Assembly (NCBI GenBank): GCA_050287085.1
Contig: JBNKBE010000010.1
Span: 1-64,000 of the forward strand
Direction of reading: 5' to 3'
Source: Polyangiaceae bacterium
GTDB taxonomy: Bacteria > Myxococcota_A > Polyangia > Polyangiales > Polyangiaceae
Length of the DNA stretch: 64,000 nucleotides
This document shows, piece by piece, positions 1 through 10,560 of this stretch (position 1 is its first letter; each line of letters begins with the position of its first letter). A model generated the notes under the pieces. It saw nothing but the letters and a program-made list of their open reading frames with translations. It had not been told where the DNA came from and ran no database searches. A program made the translations under genes and the position numbers.

Positions 1-1001
<1,001 letters not shown>

Positions 1002-1170
1002 GTACTCGCTAAGGCAAACATTGATTTCTCGCCCAGAATCGGGCGAATGACTCCGAAGACAACGTTGTGTTGTTTCTCGGTGTGTTCATCTGACTAGCAA
1101 TTGGACACCGTCTCCGCGCTGCGGCTCCCTCCGGACCGCGCCGAGGCGCCTTGCTGAACGCCCAAAACTT

Positions 1171-1287
<117 letters not shown>

Positions 1288-1387
1288 CTAATTTTAGTTG
1301 GAGGGGTTTGAACCAAACCCCTCCCCCCAGCAAAGTGAATTTGCTGGGGCCCCCCACCCCAAGCCTGAAGGCTGCGCGTGGGGCCCC

Positions 1388-1419
1388 AACCCCACTTGCT
1401 CTCGAGCAGGTGGGGTTTT
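1388..1419 (+). terminator. rRNA operon intrinsic terminator (last of several tandem hairpins 1300-1419)
   Basis: AACCCCACTTGCTC-TC-GAGCAGGTGGGGTT followed by T's. Upstream hairpins at 1300-1324 and 1325-1349. Confidence 0.7.
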
Positions 1420-1440
1420 GGTGTTTGTGCGCCCGCCGTC

Positions 1441-1515
1441 CGCGTGGCGCGACGGAACGCGCGACGCGACGGAACGCGCGACGCGACGGAACGCGTGGCG
1501 CGACGGAACGCGTGG
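1441..1515. repeat. 17-bp tandem repeat, about 4.4 copies
   Basis: Units CGCG(TGG/CGA)CGCGACGGAA start at 1441, 1458, 1475, 1492; partial unit at 1509. Confidence 0.9.
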
Positions 1516-1601
1516 AGTCGTGGCGTCAGGGCTAAGGGGGGTGCGCGGCGTCGCCGCGTGCCGCGAGCGACTTGGGGGGCGGGGATGCGCGTGGCGTCGG
1601 G

Positions 1602-1950
1602 GCGGCAGGCAAGCTGTGGCAGCGCACACGCGAGGTAGCTCTTGCCAACACCGGTCGGGGCGGTGATCAGGACGTTCAGGTGTTCACCGATCCAGGTGGC
1701 TTGGGCCAGCTGGCGCAGCTTTGCTTGCGGAAGCCCACGCTCCGGCACGGCCTCAACGTCCTCGGCGCATGCCTCACGGAGCCGCTGGGTTGCGTCGCGA
1801 AGCAGGCGAGCCAGCCGGCGATTCTCCCTCCCCCCGCGCGAGATGTTCAGTATCGACCAGCAGTGAGAAGCGCTCATCGAAGCTCAGATCGGCAAGCTTA
1901 GGCAGCTGCTCGTGTGCTGCCCATGACTGCGCCATCGCGGTTGGTCGCAG
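1602..1950 (-). pseudogene. istB: IS21-family helper ATPase (IstB) remnant, frameshifted and truncated
   Basis: LSFDERFSLLVDTEHLAR, then frameshift near 1825-1835, then ENRRLARLLR...WIGEHLNVLITAPTGVGKSYLACAL (Walker A). Similarity is lost after LACR. Confidence 0.85.
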
Positions 1951-2074
1951 TGTGTGATTGTCTTCGTTCCTTTCTTTGGTAGTAGCATGGGGCCACGGAT
2001 GTTGTCGTGTGACAGGTCCGTGCTTCGGTGTTGACCTGGTCGGCCAACGGACGAAGGTCCAAGCGATGCCGGTG

Positions 2075-2830
2075 CTGAGGTCTACGCCATGCTGCTCGGA
2101 GAAGGTCGGCACCTGTGCTCCGTGCGAACGATGGGTCGTGTTCTCGCGGAAGAATAGCGAGGTTCGAGAGCGAGGCATCAACTCAGACGCCGGGAGTGCT
2201 CGCGTTCGGAGCTTCTGACCGAAGGTCCCAGTAAGCTGTAGAGCTCGCATCTCACTGGGGTGCGCGGGCCGCAGCAGTGGAGCTACTTCTATCTCTACGT
2301 GATTCTGGAGTTGTCCAGTCGCTATCTGGTGGGCTGGATTGTCGCGCACCGCGAAAGCGCGAGCCCAGCGCGCAAGCTCATGTCCGAAACCTATCTGCGC
2401 CAAGCAGTGAAGCCAGAACAACTCACGCTTCGTGCTGCCAGGGGGCGTGGATGAAATGGAAGTGCGTGGCATTTCTACTAGAGAACCTCGGGGGAGCGAA
2501 GACCGATTCCCCGCCGCACGTGTCGGACGACAAGCTGATAGGGGGCCCCGTACAGGAATCGCATTTCAAGACGATGAAGTATCGCCCCAGTCTTCCCGCT
2601 TGCTTCGGGCGCATCGAGGATGCCCGTGCCTTCAGCCAAGACTTCTTCTCTTGATACGACGATGACCGCCACCACCGCGCACCGGAGAGCCTGACGGCGG
2701 CAGCTGTACATTATGGTCGCAGCGAACAGGGCGTCATCGAGCGCCAGACTGTGCTCGATGACGCCTTCGTCGCCCATCCTGAACGGTTTGCGCTAGGCCG
2801 CCCGCTGGCACGACGTCCCGAAGGCGCCGT
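2075..2830 (+). pseudogene. IS3-like DDE (rve) transposase remnant, several frameshifts
   Basis: Fragments in different frames: AEVYAMLLGEGRHLCSVRTM; GPQQWSYFYLYVILELSSRYLVGWIVAHRESA; PHVSDD...ESHFKTMKYRPSLPACFGRIEDARAF. Boundaries approximate. Confidence 0.8.
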
Positions 2831-2963
2831 CGGGGTCAAAGGCCTCAGCCTGGCGCGGGGCGTACGGGCGTGACCTCAGACGGCTCGCGCGATGCACGTG
2901 CCGTGACAGGCGGTCCGTACACGCAGGACGCAGCCCGAACCTGACAACCGAGGAAGGCGGCAC

Positions 2964-3110
2964 GCAACTCTTCTTGACGCTTCCGAACCGTTCGATCGCC
3001 GAGCAAGAAGTGGCCCCGCACAAGACAGCCAGTAGGGTGATGACCAGCACCTGGCTCAGCGGCTGCGCACGACTTCGGTCGAGCCGCGGATCCGATACGT
3101 CCGCGAGGCA
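2964..3110 (-). pseudogene. ISAs1-family (H-repeat) transposase N-terminal fragment
   Basis: LADVSDPRLDRSRAQPLSQVLVITLLAVLCGATSCSAIERFG resembles the ISAs1 N-terminus (DPR...LxAVxCGA...IxxFG); the rest is missing. Confidence 0.75.
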
Positions 3111-3378
3111 CGATGGCCTTTGGCTCCACACCGTTTCTGTCAATACGCAACCGATTTCAGGCAATGGGCAAGTGAGCAAGAATTGGCCGCTTTGGGTGTT
3201 CGTTGAAAGCACATGTTGAAACGCTGACGACTTTGCGCAAACAATGCTCAGTGGGGGACAAGGGTCGGTGCTGAGCAACAACCAGGGTGTGCAGGGGGCG
3301 TTCGTTTTCCAATCTACGATGCCCGGGGAAGTTGAGTTCATGAGTCTGAAAGTCGACGTGACAGTGCCAAGACATCGT

Positions 3379-5441
3379 ATGCGTGTCGGACCAGCCTGGA
3401 CGGGCCTTGCTGCTGCTGGCTTGTTGCTAGCGACCGCTTGTTCGGGTGACACCCGGCCGCCCGTGACGATGGAACCCGACGCGGGTGCCTCGGCAGGTGG
3501 CGTAGGCGGTGGCATGCCGCTGGCTGGCACCGGTGGAGCGGGCGCGGGCGCGGGCGCGGGGGTGGCACCGACGATATGCCCGGCGCCAGCGGTGAAGGCC
3601 CGATGGAACCCGATGCGGGTGCTCCGGCAGGAGGCGTAGGCGGTGGCATGCTGTTGGCTGGCACCGGTGGAGCTGGCGTGGGCGCAGGGGGCGGCACCGA
3701 CGATATGCCCGGCGCCGGCGGTGAAGGCCCGATGGAACCAGACGCGGGTGCTCCGGCAGGAGGCGTAGGCGGTGGCATGCCGCTGGCTGGCACCGGTGGA
3801 GCTGGCGCGGGCGAAGGGGGGGGAGCGGGGGATATGCCGGGCGCCGGCGGTGACGGCCCTGACGTGACGCCTGTTACCGATATCACCCAGGCGACTGAAA
3901 TCACGCGGGCTCGCTTGTTGGTTCGGGCCGAGTATCGCGGCAGCGTCAATGTCCTCTTTGCGGGTCGGATCGATGCTTCGAGCCTCGAGCTCCCGGACGA
4001 TCCTTTGGCGCGCTTCGCCACGGTGGGGGCCTCCTCGGTGGTCCTCTACTCTCAAAGCATTGAACGTCTTGAGAAAGCTAGCCAAACCATCGCCCAGCAG
4101 GTCTTCAGTGACCCACAGAGCTGGCAGGCCTTCGTGGGCTGTGAACCCCAGGCTGACTTGAGTGACGCGTGCGTCGAGACTTTTGTCCAGTCCTTCGGTC
4201 GCAAGGCATTCCGCCGGGACCTCGCCGCTGACGAGGCGGCGCAGTGGGTGGCTTTGGCTCGTGACGCAGCGGTCAAGTCAGGGGATGCAGCCGTGGGGCT
4301 TGCGACTCTTGTCTCCGGCCTATTGCAGTCTCCGAGCTTCTTGTATCGTATTGAACACGCCGTTCCGGATTTGAATCTGGGTCGCGTGAAATACGACGGG
4401 GCCTCGATCGCGATCCGTTTGGCCTACGCTCTCACGGGCGCGCCTCCAAGTTCGGAGCTCCTGGCTCAGGGTGAAGCGGGTGCGCTGGGCACGCCGGAGG
4501 CCATTCGCGCGGCCGCAACGCAGCTCTTGGAAACCCCAGCGGCGAAGGAGTTTGTTGCGGACTACTTTGCTGAGCTGGGGGGCTTGAGCCTCATCTACTC
4601 GGTTGCGCGAGATACGGCGGTATTCCCTGAATTCAGTGAAGCCTTGCGTCCCTCGATGATGGAGGAGATCCGCTTGTGGTTGGCCAATGAGGTTCTGGCG
4701 CCGGGCAAGGACGTACGCAAAGAGCTCTTCACGAGCAACGTAACCTATGTCGACTCACTCTTGGCAGATCTCTATGGGTTAGACCCCGTAGCTCCCGAAG
4801 ATGGTTTCGTACGGGTGGAGCTTGCTCCGGAGCTAGACCGGGCGGGTATTCTGGGCAAAGCGGGTTTCATCATGGCCCATTCCTCCCCAGACTCGAGCAA
4901 CCCAACTCGGCGCGGTAACTTCATCCTGAAGAGCTTCACCTGCACCGAGTTGAAGCCGCCGGCAGGAATCAAGGTTGAGGTTCCGAAGGTCGAGGAGAAC
5001 GAAGAGCCGCGCACGACGCGCTGGTTGTACGAAAACAAGCACATGACGGACGCCACTTGTATTGGCTGTCATACGGTGATGGATCCCTACGGTTTTGCGA
5101 TGGAGCATTTCGATTCCATTGGCAAGTACCGAGAAGTTGAGACCGTGCGCGGCACTGACCTGCCCATCGACGACAACGTGCTCAGCGACACCCGTGGGGA
5201 TAGTTATGAGGGCATCGCGGGGCTTGGTGAGGTACTAGCAACTAGGCCGGAAGGGCCCAAGTGCATGGCCACTAACCTCTATCGCTACGCCAACGGCCTG
5301 GAAGACGTAAGGGCCGACGCAGACCAGATTACGAAGCTTACGGAGGCGTTGGCGGCGAGTAACTTCGTGTGGCGGGACTTCCTGTTGGACTTCGTATCTA
5401 GCGACGCCTTCACCTCTCTGCCCCCAACCGCACAGGAATAA
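3379..5441 (+). CDS. DUF1592-family multi-domain lipoprotein (DUF1587/1595/1592/1588/1585), copy 1; one frameshift at G5 3558-3562
   Basis: Lipobox LATAC lies in the frame of ORF 3244..3639; the body is ORF 3576..5441. Motifs FGRKAFRR, LLQSPSFLYR, RAGILG, PTRRG, CIGCH, DPYGFAMEHFDSIG. Start could also be 3340. Confidence 0.85.
3469..3860 (+). repeat. Three coding tandem repeats of about 129 bp (43-aa Gly/Ala-rich linker)
   Basis: ATGGAACC.GA.GCGGGTGC starts at 3469, 3603, 3732. Unit MEPDAGAPAGGVGGGMPLAGTGGAG..GGTDDMPGAGGEGP. Confidence 0.92.
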
Positions 5442-5448
5442 GAAACAG

Positions 5449-6855
5449 ATGTTAAAGGAACTCAAAGTCTCTCGCCGTTTCGCCCTGCGGGGTGCACTCT
5501 CCGGCATCGGAGTTTCGATGTGGCTGCCCGTGCTCGATGTGATGTGCAACAGCCACGGGGACGCATTTGCCCAGGGTGATGAGTTGCCCACCACCTTCGG
5601 GATCTGGTTCTGGGGTAATGGTAGCCATAACCAGTACTGGACACCGAACGCCACCGGGCAGGGTGATGCGTGGCAGCTCAAGCGCAATATGGAGGCCTTC
5701 CAGGACGTTAAGGACCATATTACGTTCGTAACGGGACTCGATATGCTCGACGGGGTCTTCAAGGGCCACGGTTGGGGCAACGTGTATGTGTTGGCAGGGG
5801 GTGACGGGCAGAACGCAACCGTGACGTCCGATATTGACCGCCATCAGGGGGTCTCCTTTGAGCAGAACTCGTCCACGCAGTATCTACCGACCATCGATCA
5901 GATTATCGCTGATAAGATCGGCGGTGACTCGGTGTTCAAGTCGCTTCAAACCGGTATCATGGAGTACCGGGGCATGGACATGGGTACGACGAGCAAGTAC
6001 CTGTCCCATCGCGGCCCCAACGAGTATCTGCCCCAGGAGAAGGATCCGAGGCGTTTCTTCGATAAGATTTTCGGGAACAGCACGCCTCAACCCCCCGCTG
6101 GGGATGCCACCCCAACGGCTAGCGCACTCTTTTCCAAGGAGCTCCGCAAGAGCACTCTAGATGCCGTGTTGGAAGACGCTAAGCGGCTTCAGGGGCGTCT
6201 TGGCAGCTCGGACCGCGCTCGTATCGACAGCCATATGGAGCGCATTCGTGAGCTCGAGGTGCAAATCGAGGGCGTGGTGATCCCGGACAACGGCGGCGGG
6301 CAGGGCGCGTGTGCCGTTCCAACGGAGCCCGTGGCTCCAGCCAACAATACAGACCGCAGTCAGGCTATGCATCGGCTGCTGGCAACGGCGCTTGCGTGTA
6401 ACCTCACGCGTGTGTTTAGCCACCAGTGGTCGGGCGGGCGCGACGACAATACCTATCCGGAGATTGGGATCAACGCCGACCATCACGGCCTGACCCATGG
6501 AGGTGGCTCCGAGAACGAAGTCGCTGCCACCATCGAGCAATATATCATGGAGCAATACGCGGACTTTGTCCGGGTGTTGAGTGAGACTCAGATCGGCGCC
6601 AAAACGCTGCTGGATCAGACCCTGGTCTACGGAGTGTCGGACGTCTCGGAACCCAACGGGCACGTGATGGCCAACTACCAGATCATTCTGAGCGGACACG
6701 CGGGCGGCAAGATTCCGGGCAATCAGCATATCCGCTTCCCGAAGCGGAAGGTCACGGAGCTGATGCTCACCATGCTTCAGACGATGGGCGTGGAGGTAAC
6801 CGAGTTCGGCACTTGGGATCGTACGACAACGACGATTCCCGAGATCTTCGGTTAG
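5449..6855 (+). CDS. DUF1552-family protein, Tat-type signal, copy 1
   Basis: SRRFALRG..LPVLD N-terminus; PTIDQIIA; LGSSDRARIDSHMERIRELE; ALACNLTRV; HHGLTH; starts 7 nt after the DUF1592 gene. Confidence 0.88.
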   Translation: MLKELKVSRRFALRGALSGIGVSMWLPVLDVMCNSHGDAFAQGDELPTTFGIWFWGNGSHNQYWTPNATGQGDAWQLKRNMEAFQDVKDHITFVTGLDMLDGVFKGHGWGNVYVLAGGDGQNATVTSDIDRHQGVSFEQNSSTQYLPTIDQIIADKIGGDSVFKSLQTGIMEYRGMDMGTTSKYLSHRGPNEYLPQEKDPRRFFDKIFGNSTPQPPAGDATPTASALFSKELRKSTLDAVLEDAKRLQGRLGSSDRARIDSHMERIRELEVQIEGVVIPDNGGGQGACAVPTEPVAPANNTDRSQAMHRLLATALACNLTRVFSHQWSGGRDDNTYPEIGINADHHGLTHGGGSENEVAATIEQYIMEQYADFVRVLSETQIGAKTLLDQTLVYGVSDVSEPNGHVMANYQIILSGHAGGKIPGNQHIRFPKRKVTELMLTMLQTMGVEVTEFGTWDRTTTTIPEIFG

Positions 6856-6877
6856 AGTCCAAAGTACTGCTACGACC

Positions 6878-6910
6878 AGCCGCCGGGGGAAGCTCCGGCG
6901 GCTTTGTTTT
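6878..6910 (+). terminator. Intrinsic terminator
   Basis: AGCCGCCGG..GAAG..CCGGCGGCT followed by TTGTTTT, 22 nt after the stop codon. Confidence 0.75.
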
Positions 6911-7491
6911 GTGCTCTGACGCGCTGCATTCCGGGAAGGGCCTAGCATTGAGCTGCGGAGAAGGCCGAGCGCGGGAGCCCTAAGTGGGCTGTTGCGAGGG
7001 GGGAGTGCAGCCCGTCCTCGCGGCGTGGCCTCCAGCGCTGCGCCCGGCTCCGCGTACTGGGCGCGAGGTTGTGGCCGCTGGGATGGTGCGGCCGTGCAGA
7101 CATCGCTCTGCTGCATTGGACGGCGCGGCCGCGTGGGCATGGTGGCGCTGCGTTGGGATGGGCGCGGCTGCGTAAGTGTTGTGCTGGCGGCGTAGGGGTT
7201 GCGATGCGGACCAACACGGAGTAGCCTCTACGCGAAATCTGGAGGGGCGACGTTCTTTCGGTGTGATATGCAGCCAGGTTCTGTCCAGAGGGCGTTTTCG
7301 GGGCAGGTGGCTGGCAGACGTCGAAGGGACTGGGTGGCTCAGGCATTGGCGGTTGTGGTGTCGAATCGCAACGGCCTCAATCGGGGCATTGAGCTGTGGA
7401 TCGAAGAGTTTGTCAGCTGGGGCAGAATGCGAGCCAGGAGCCGCCAGTTTTCGGATAGGCATCATCACTATTTTGGGTTAGGGCGAAAATC

Positions 7492-8721
7492 ATGAACTCA
7501 TCTCGACTGTTCACTGCCAGTTGTGTGGCACTCATTGTTACAGCCATGAGCTTTGCGTTGCGAGGCGCGGCTACAGGTGACTGGGTTACCGAGTTCAACC
7601 TGACGAACGAACAAGCAGGTTGGGTTAACGGCTCGGCGTTCTGGGGGTTCACCCTCGCCATGGTGGTCGGCGGCCCGCTCGTCGACGCGTTGGGCCTAGG
7701 CCGCATCGTGGGCGTGGCTTTTGTTGGGCACGCGGCGGGTATCGCGCTGACCCTCGCAGCGTGGGACTTCTGGAGTCTCTTCCTAGGCACGTTGCTCTAT
7801 GGCATCGCCAACGGCGCAGTGGAGGCGGCATGCAACCCGATGGTTGCTTCGCTCTACCCTGACAATCAGACGACCAAGCTCAACCACTTTCACGTGTGGT
7901 TCCCCGGCGGTATTGTTATCGGCGGTTTGCTAGCGTTCTTGTTCAGCAAGCTCGGGCTCGGCTGGCGCGTGCAGTTTGCAAGCACCCTGATACCGTTGGT
8001 GGCTTACGGCTTCATGTTCTTCGGTCAGCGCTTTCCTCAGACCGAACGCGTGCAGCGTGGCGAGACGACGGCGTCGATGTTCTCGGCCTGTGCCTCTCCC
8101 GGCTTCCTGCTGATGGTACTGTGCATGCTTGCAACCGCTGCTACGGAGCTTGGACCAGGCCAGTGGATCCCTTCCATTCTAGAGAACGCCGGCGTTTCGG
8201 GCATTCTGGTTCTCGTCTGGATCACAGGTTTGATGGCCGTGGGCCGCATGTTTGCGGGGCCTTTTGTTCACAAGCTGTCACCGATCGGTATGTTGGTAGC
8301 GAGCGCAGCGACGGCTGCGGTCGGGCTCTACGCGATGTCCCACACCACGGGTGTGATGTTGTTCGCGGCCGCCACTGTCTTTGCTTTTGGTGTGTGCTTC
8401 TTCTGGCCAACGATGCTGGGCTACGTCGCAGAGAACTACCCCAAGACCGGGGCTCTGGGGTTGGCCATCATGGGAGGGTCCGGAATGCTCAGTGTGAGCT
8501 TTGTACTCCCCATTATCGGCGGCTGGTATGACGCTGGCATTGCGGAGCGCACCGCGGCGGCGCCCAATCCGAGTCCAGAGCAGATGGCTGCAATACAGTC
8601 CGCAGCCGGTCTCGAGGCACTCGGGATGGTCGCTTTCTTGCCAGTGGCGCTCACCGCGGTATTCGCAGCGATTGCTGTGGCCAAGAAGAAGAAGGCCCCT
8701 GTGGCAGCTGCGGCTCACTGA
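7492..8721 (+). CDS. MFS transporter (sugar-permease-like)
   Basis: 409 aa, about 12 hydrophobic segments, GPLVDALGLGR motif-A variant, LNHFHVWFPGGIVIGG, FWPTMLG. Confidence 0.88.
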   Translation: MNSSRLFTASCVALIVTAMSFALRGAATGDWVTEFNLTNEQAGWVNGSAFWGFTLAMVVGGPLVDALGLGRIVGVAFVGHAAGIALTLAAWDFWSLFLGTLLYGIANGAVEAACNPMVASLYPDNQTTKLNHFHVWFPGGIVIGGLLAFLFSKLGLGWRVQFASTLIPLVAYGFMFFGQRFPQTERVQRGETTASMFSACASPGFLLMVLCMLATAATELGPGQWIPSILENAGVSGILVLVWITGLMAVGRMFAGPFVHKLSPIGMLVASAATAAVGLYAMSHTTGVMLFAAATVFAFGVCFFWPTMLGYVAENYPKTGALGLAIMGGSGMLSVSFVLPIIGGWYDAGIAERTAAAPNPSPEQMAAIQSAAGLEALGMVAFLPVALTAVFAAIAVAKKKKAPVAAAAH

Positions 8722-8742
8722 GAGACTGCGCTCTTTGGAGCC

Positions 8743-8777
8743 AAGGGTCGCGCCCACGCATGGGTCGCGGCCCTTTT
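8743..8777 (+). terminator. Intrinsic terminator between convergent genes
   Basis: AAGGGTCGCGCCCA-CGCA-TGGGTCGCGGCCCTT followed by TT. Confidence 0.6.
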
Positions 8778-8869
8778 GCTTTGAGCCGCACACAAAGACG
8801 GCCGCCTGCCACTGTTTTGGGGAGACGGCCGTCGCTTGGCGCCCAGGTGCAGCTACCGCTAGCTACTAC

Positions 8870-9550
8870 TCACGCGTTCTTGAGATGTTTCTCGAAGAAA
8901 GCCAGAGTACGATCCCAAGCCAGCTGTGCGGTCTGGGCGTCGTACACTTCCGGTCGAGCCTCGTTCATGAAGGCGTGTTGCGCGTCGTAGCGGTACAGGT
9001 CGAACGCAGCCTTCGATCTCTTCAGATCGGCTTCCAAGCTGTCGACGAGCTCAGGGGTGCACCAGTAGTCCTGGTCAGCGAAGTGGTAGATTACGGGGAC
9101 GGCCATCGCGCTCGGATCGGCGAATTCCTTTGGGGGGATTCCGTAGAAGCAGCCTCCGGCGCTTACGCCACTTACGTTCAGTGCTGAAAGAATGGTGAGG
9201 GCGCCTCCCATACAGAAGCCTGCGACGCCGCAGCGCTCGGATTCTTTAAGCAGGTAGTTCACGCAGCCCTGAACGTCCTGCCCCGCGGCATCGCCGAAAT
9301 TCAGACCGCTCATGAGGTGATTCGCCTCGTCGGCGTCGCTGGCGAGCTTGCCTCGGAAGAGATCCGGTACGACAACCCGATAGCCGGCCTCCGCAAAGCG
9401 ATCGGCAACCTTCTGTATCTGTTCGTTCAGGCCCCACCACTCCTGGATGACGACCAGGCCGGGAGCTCCGCCTGGCGCGCGGTCCAAGTTGGCATAAGCG
9501 GGGCAAGTGCCCCCGTCCGGACGTGGAATCTCGATTCGTTGACCCATCAA
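8870..9550 (-). CDS. Dienelactone hydrolase family protein
   Basis: VVIQEWWGLN, nucleophile GFCMGG, HAFMNEAR, AQLAWDRTLAFF; GAGG upstream. Confidence 0.92.
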   Translation of the reverse strand: MMGQRIEIPRPDGGTCPAYANLDRAPGGAPGLVVIQEWWGLNEQIQKVADRFAEAGYRVVVPDLFRGKLASDADEANHLMSGLNFGDAAGQDVQGCVNYLLKESERCGVAGFCMGGALTILSALNVSGVSAGGCFYGIPPKEFADPSAMAVPVIYHFADQDYWCTPELVDSLEADLKRSKAAFDLYRYDAQHAFMNEARPEVYDAQTAQLAWDRTLAFFEKHLKNA

Positions 9551-9877
9551 TTTCCTCCTCTAGGGAGGTGGAGTATGGGGCAGTCGACCTGTGCTGTACA
9601 GGCTCACCCGTCCTACCGGCGGGGGCATTTCCCGGGCAGCCGGGGTACGGCGCAATCGAACGTGCATCTTCTGCGGCTGGGCCCTAGTCTGGGGGCGAGG
9701 AAGTCTCGCCAGGAGGGCGTTCGCGAGGTGGCAGTGCCACGAGCAAGGTGCGAGGTGAAGGCTTGCTCGTTTGGACTGGCAGCAGTCCGCAATGGGATGT
9801 AAATCGATCAGGTTGGTTGGGGCGGCTCTGAATAGTGTTCGGAGTCGGCAAGGCATCACTTTTTTCCACTGTGCTTC

Positions 9878-10390
9878 ATGCTTTTTACCGTCGAGATGAA
9901 GATGGGAAGATTGCTCGAGATTCGTGTGGCCTCGGGCTTTCGCACGGTTGCGGACGTAGACGCTATGTTTCATGAGCTTGCGTCGGTAGTGGCGGACAAG
10001 AGTCCGCGCTCGTGGTCGGGGGCCGGGCAGCGAGGTGGAGAGCGTCACATCACCATTGCCGACTGGCGGCAGTGCGTGATCATGTCGACGGAAGCCGCGG
10101 AGCGCCTCCAGCAACGCATGACCGACACCAATCCGAACGTCATCCGTGCTGCGGCGATCGCATCGTATGAGTCTCCTTCGGCGGTCATGCAGTTCCTGCG
10201 AGTGGTGCGCGATAGCCAACACGAAGAGCGCCGCCTCTTCTTCGAAGAAGGGCAGACCGCGAATTGGCTGGGCGAGGTACTGACGCCAACTGAGGCCGCG
10301 CGACTCCGGATATTCCTACGTGAAGGTCGTCCGAGTGGCGTGACCAGCGACATACCGCGCTCGCGCTCATTTCCACCAAGTAGTCGCTAA
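9878..10390 (+). CDS. Hypothetical protein, possibly STAS/SEC14-like alpha/beta fold
   Basis: 170 aa with alternating beta/alpha pattern: LLEIRVASG..TIADWR..RAAAI..MQFLRVVR..RRLF..A.WL. Confidence 0.6.
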   Translation: MLFTVEMKMGRLLEIRVASGFRTVADVDAMFHELASVVADKSPRSWSGAGQRGGERHITIADWRQCVIMSTEAAERLQQRMTDTNPNVIRAAAIASYESPSAVMQFLRVVRDSQHEERRLFFEEGQTANWLGEVLTPTEAARLRIFLREGRPSGVTSDIPRSRSFPPSSR

Positions 10391-10560
10391 CGCGCCTGCG
10401 TTCGGCACGGGTGACGCTTTCGTTGGCATTGGCGTCGCAAGGGCGTCCAGGAAGGGCAGCGTTGTTGTTGTGCCCGAGGTCGGCGTGCCCGTGAGCTCGT
10501 GTGGATGGCGGGCGCCGGTGAGCCCGGGATGTGGAGCCCGAGTTGCGGGACGTGCCGGAG

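Noticed and set aside
1441..1515. CRISPR array
   Set aside because: Units are contiguous with no unique spacers, and no cas genes were seen; the same applies to the coding repeats at 3469-3860.
6911..7491. Riboswitch or small gene upstream of the MFS transporter
   Set aside because: No recognisable aptamer consensus or credible ORF.
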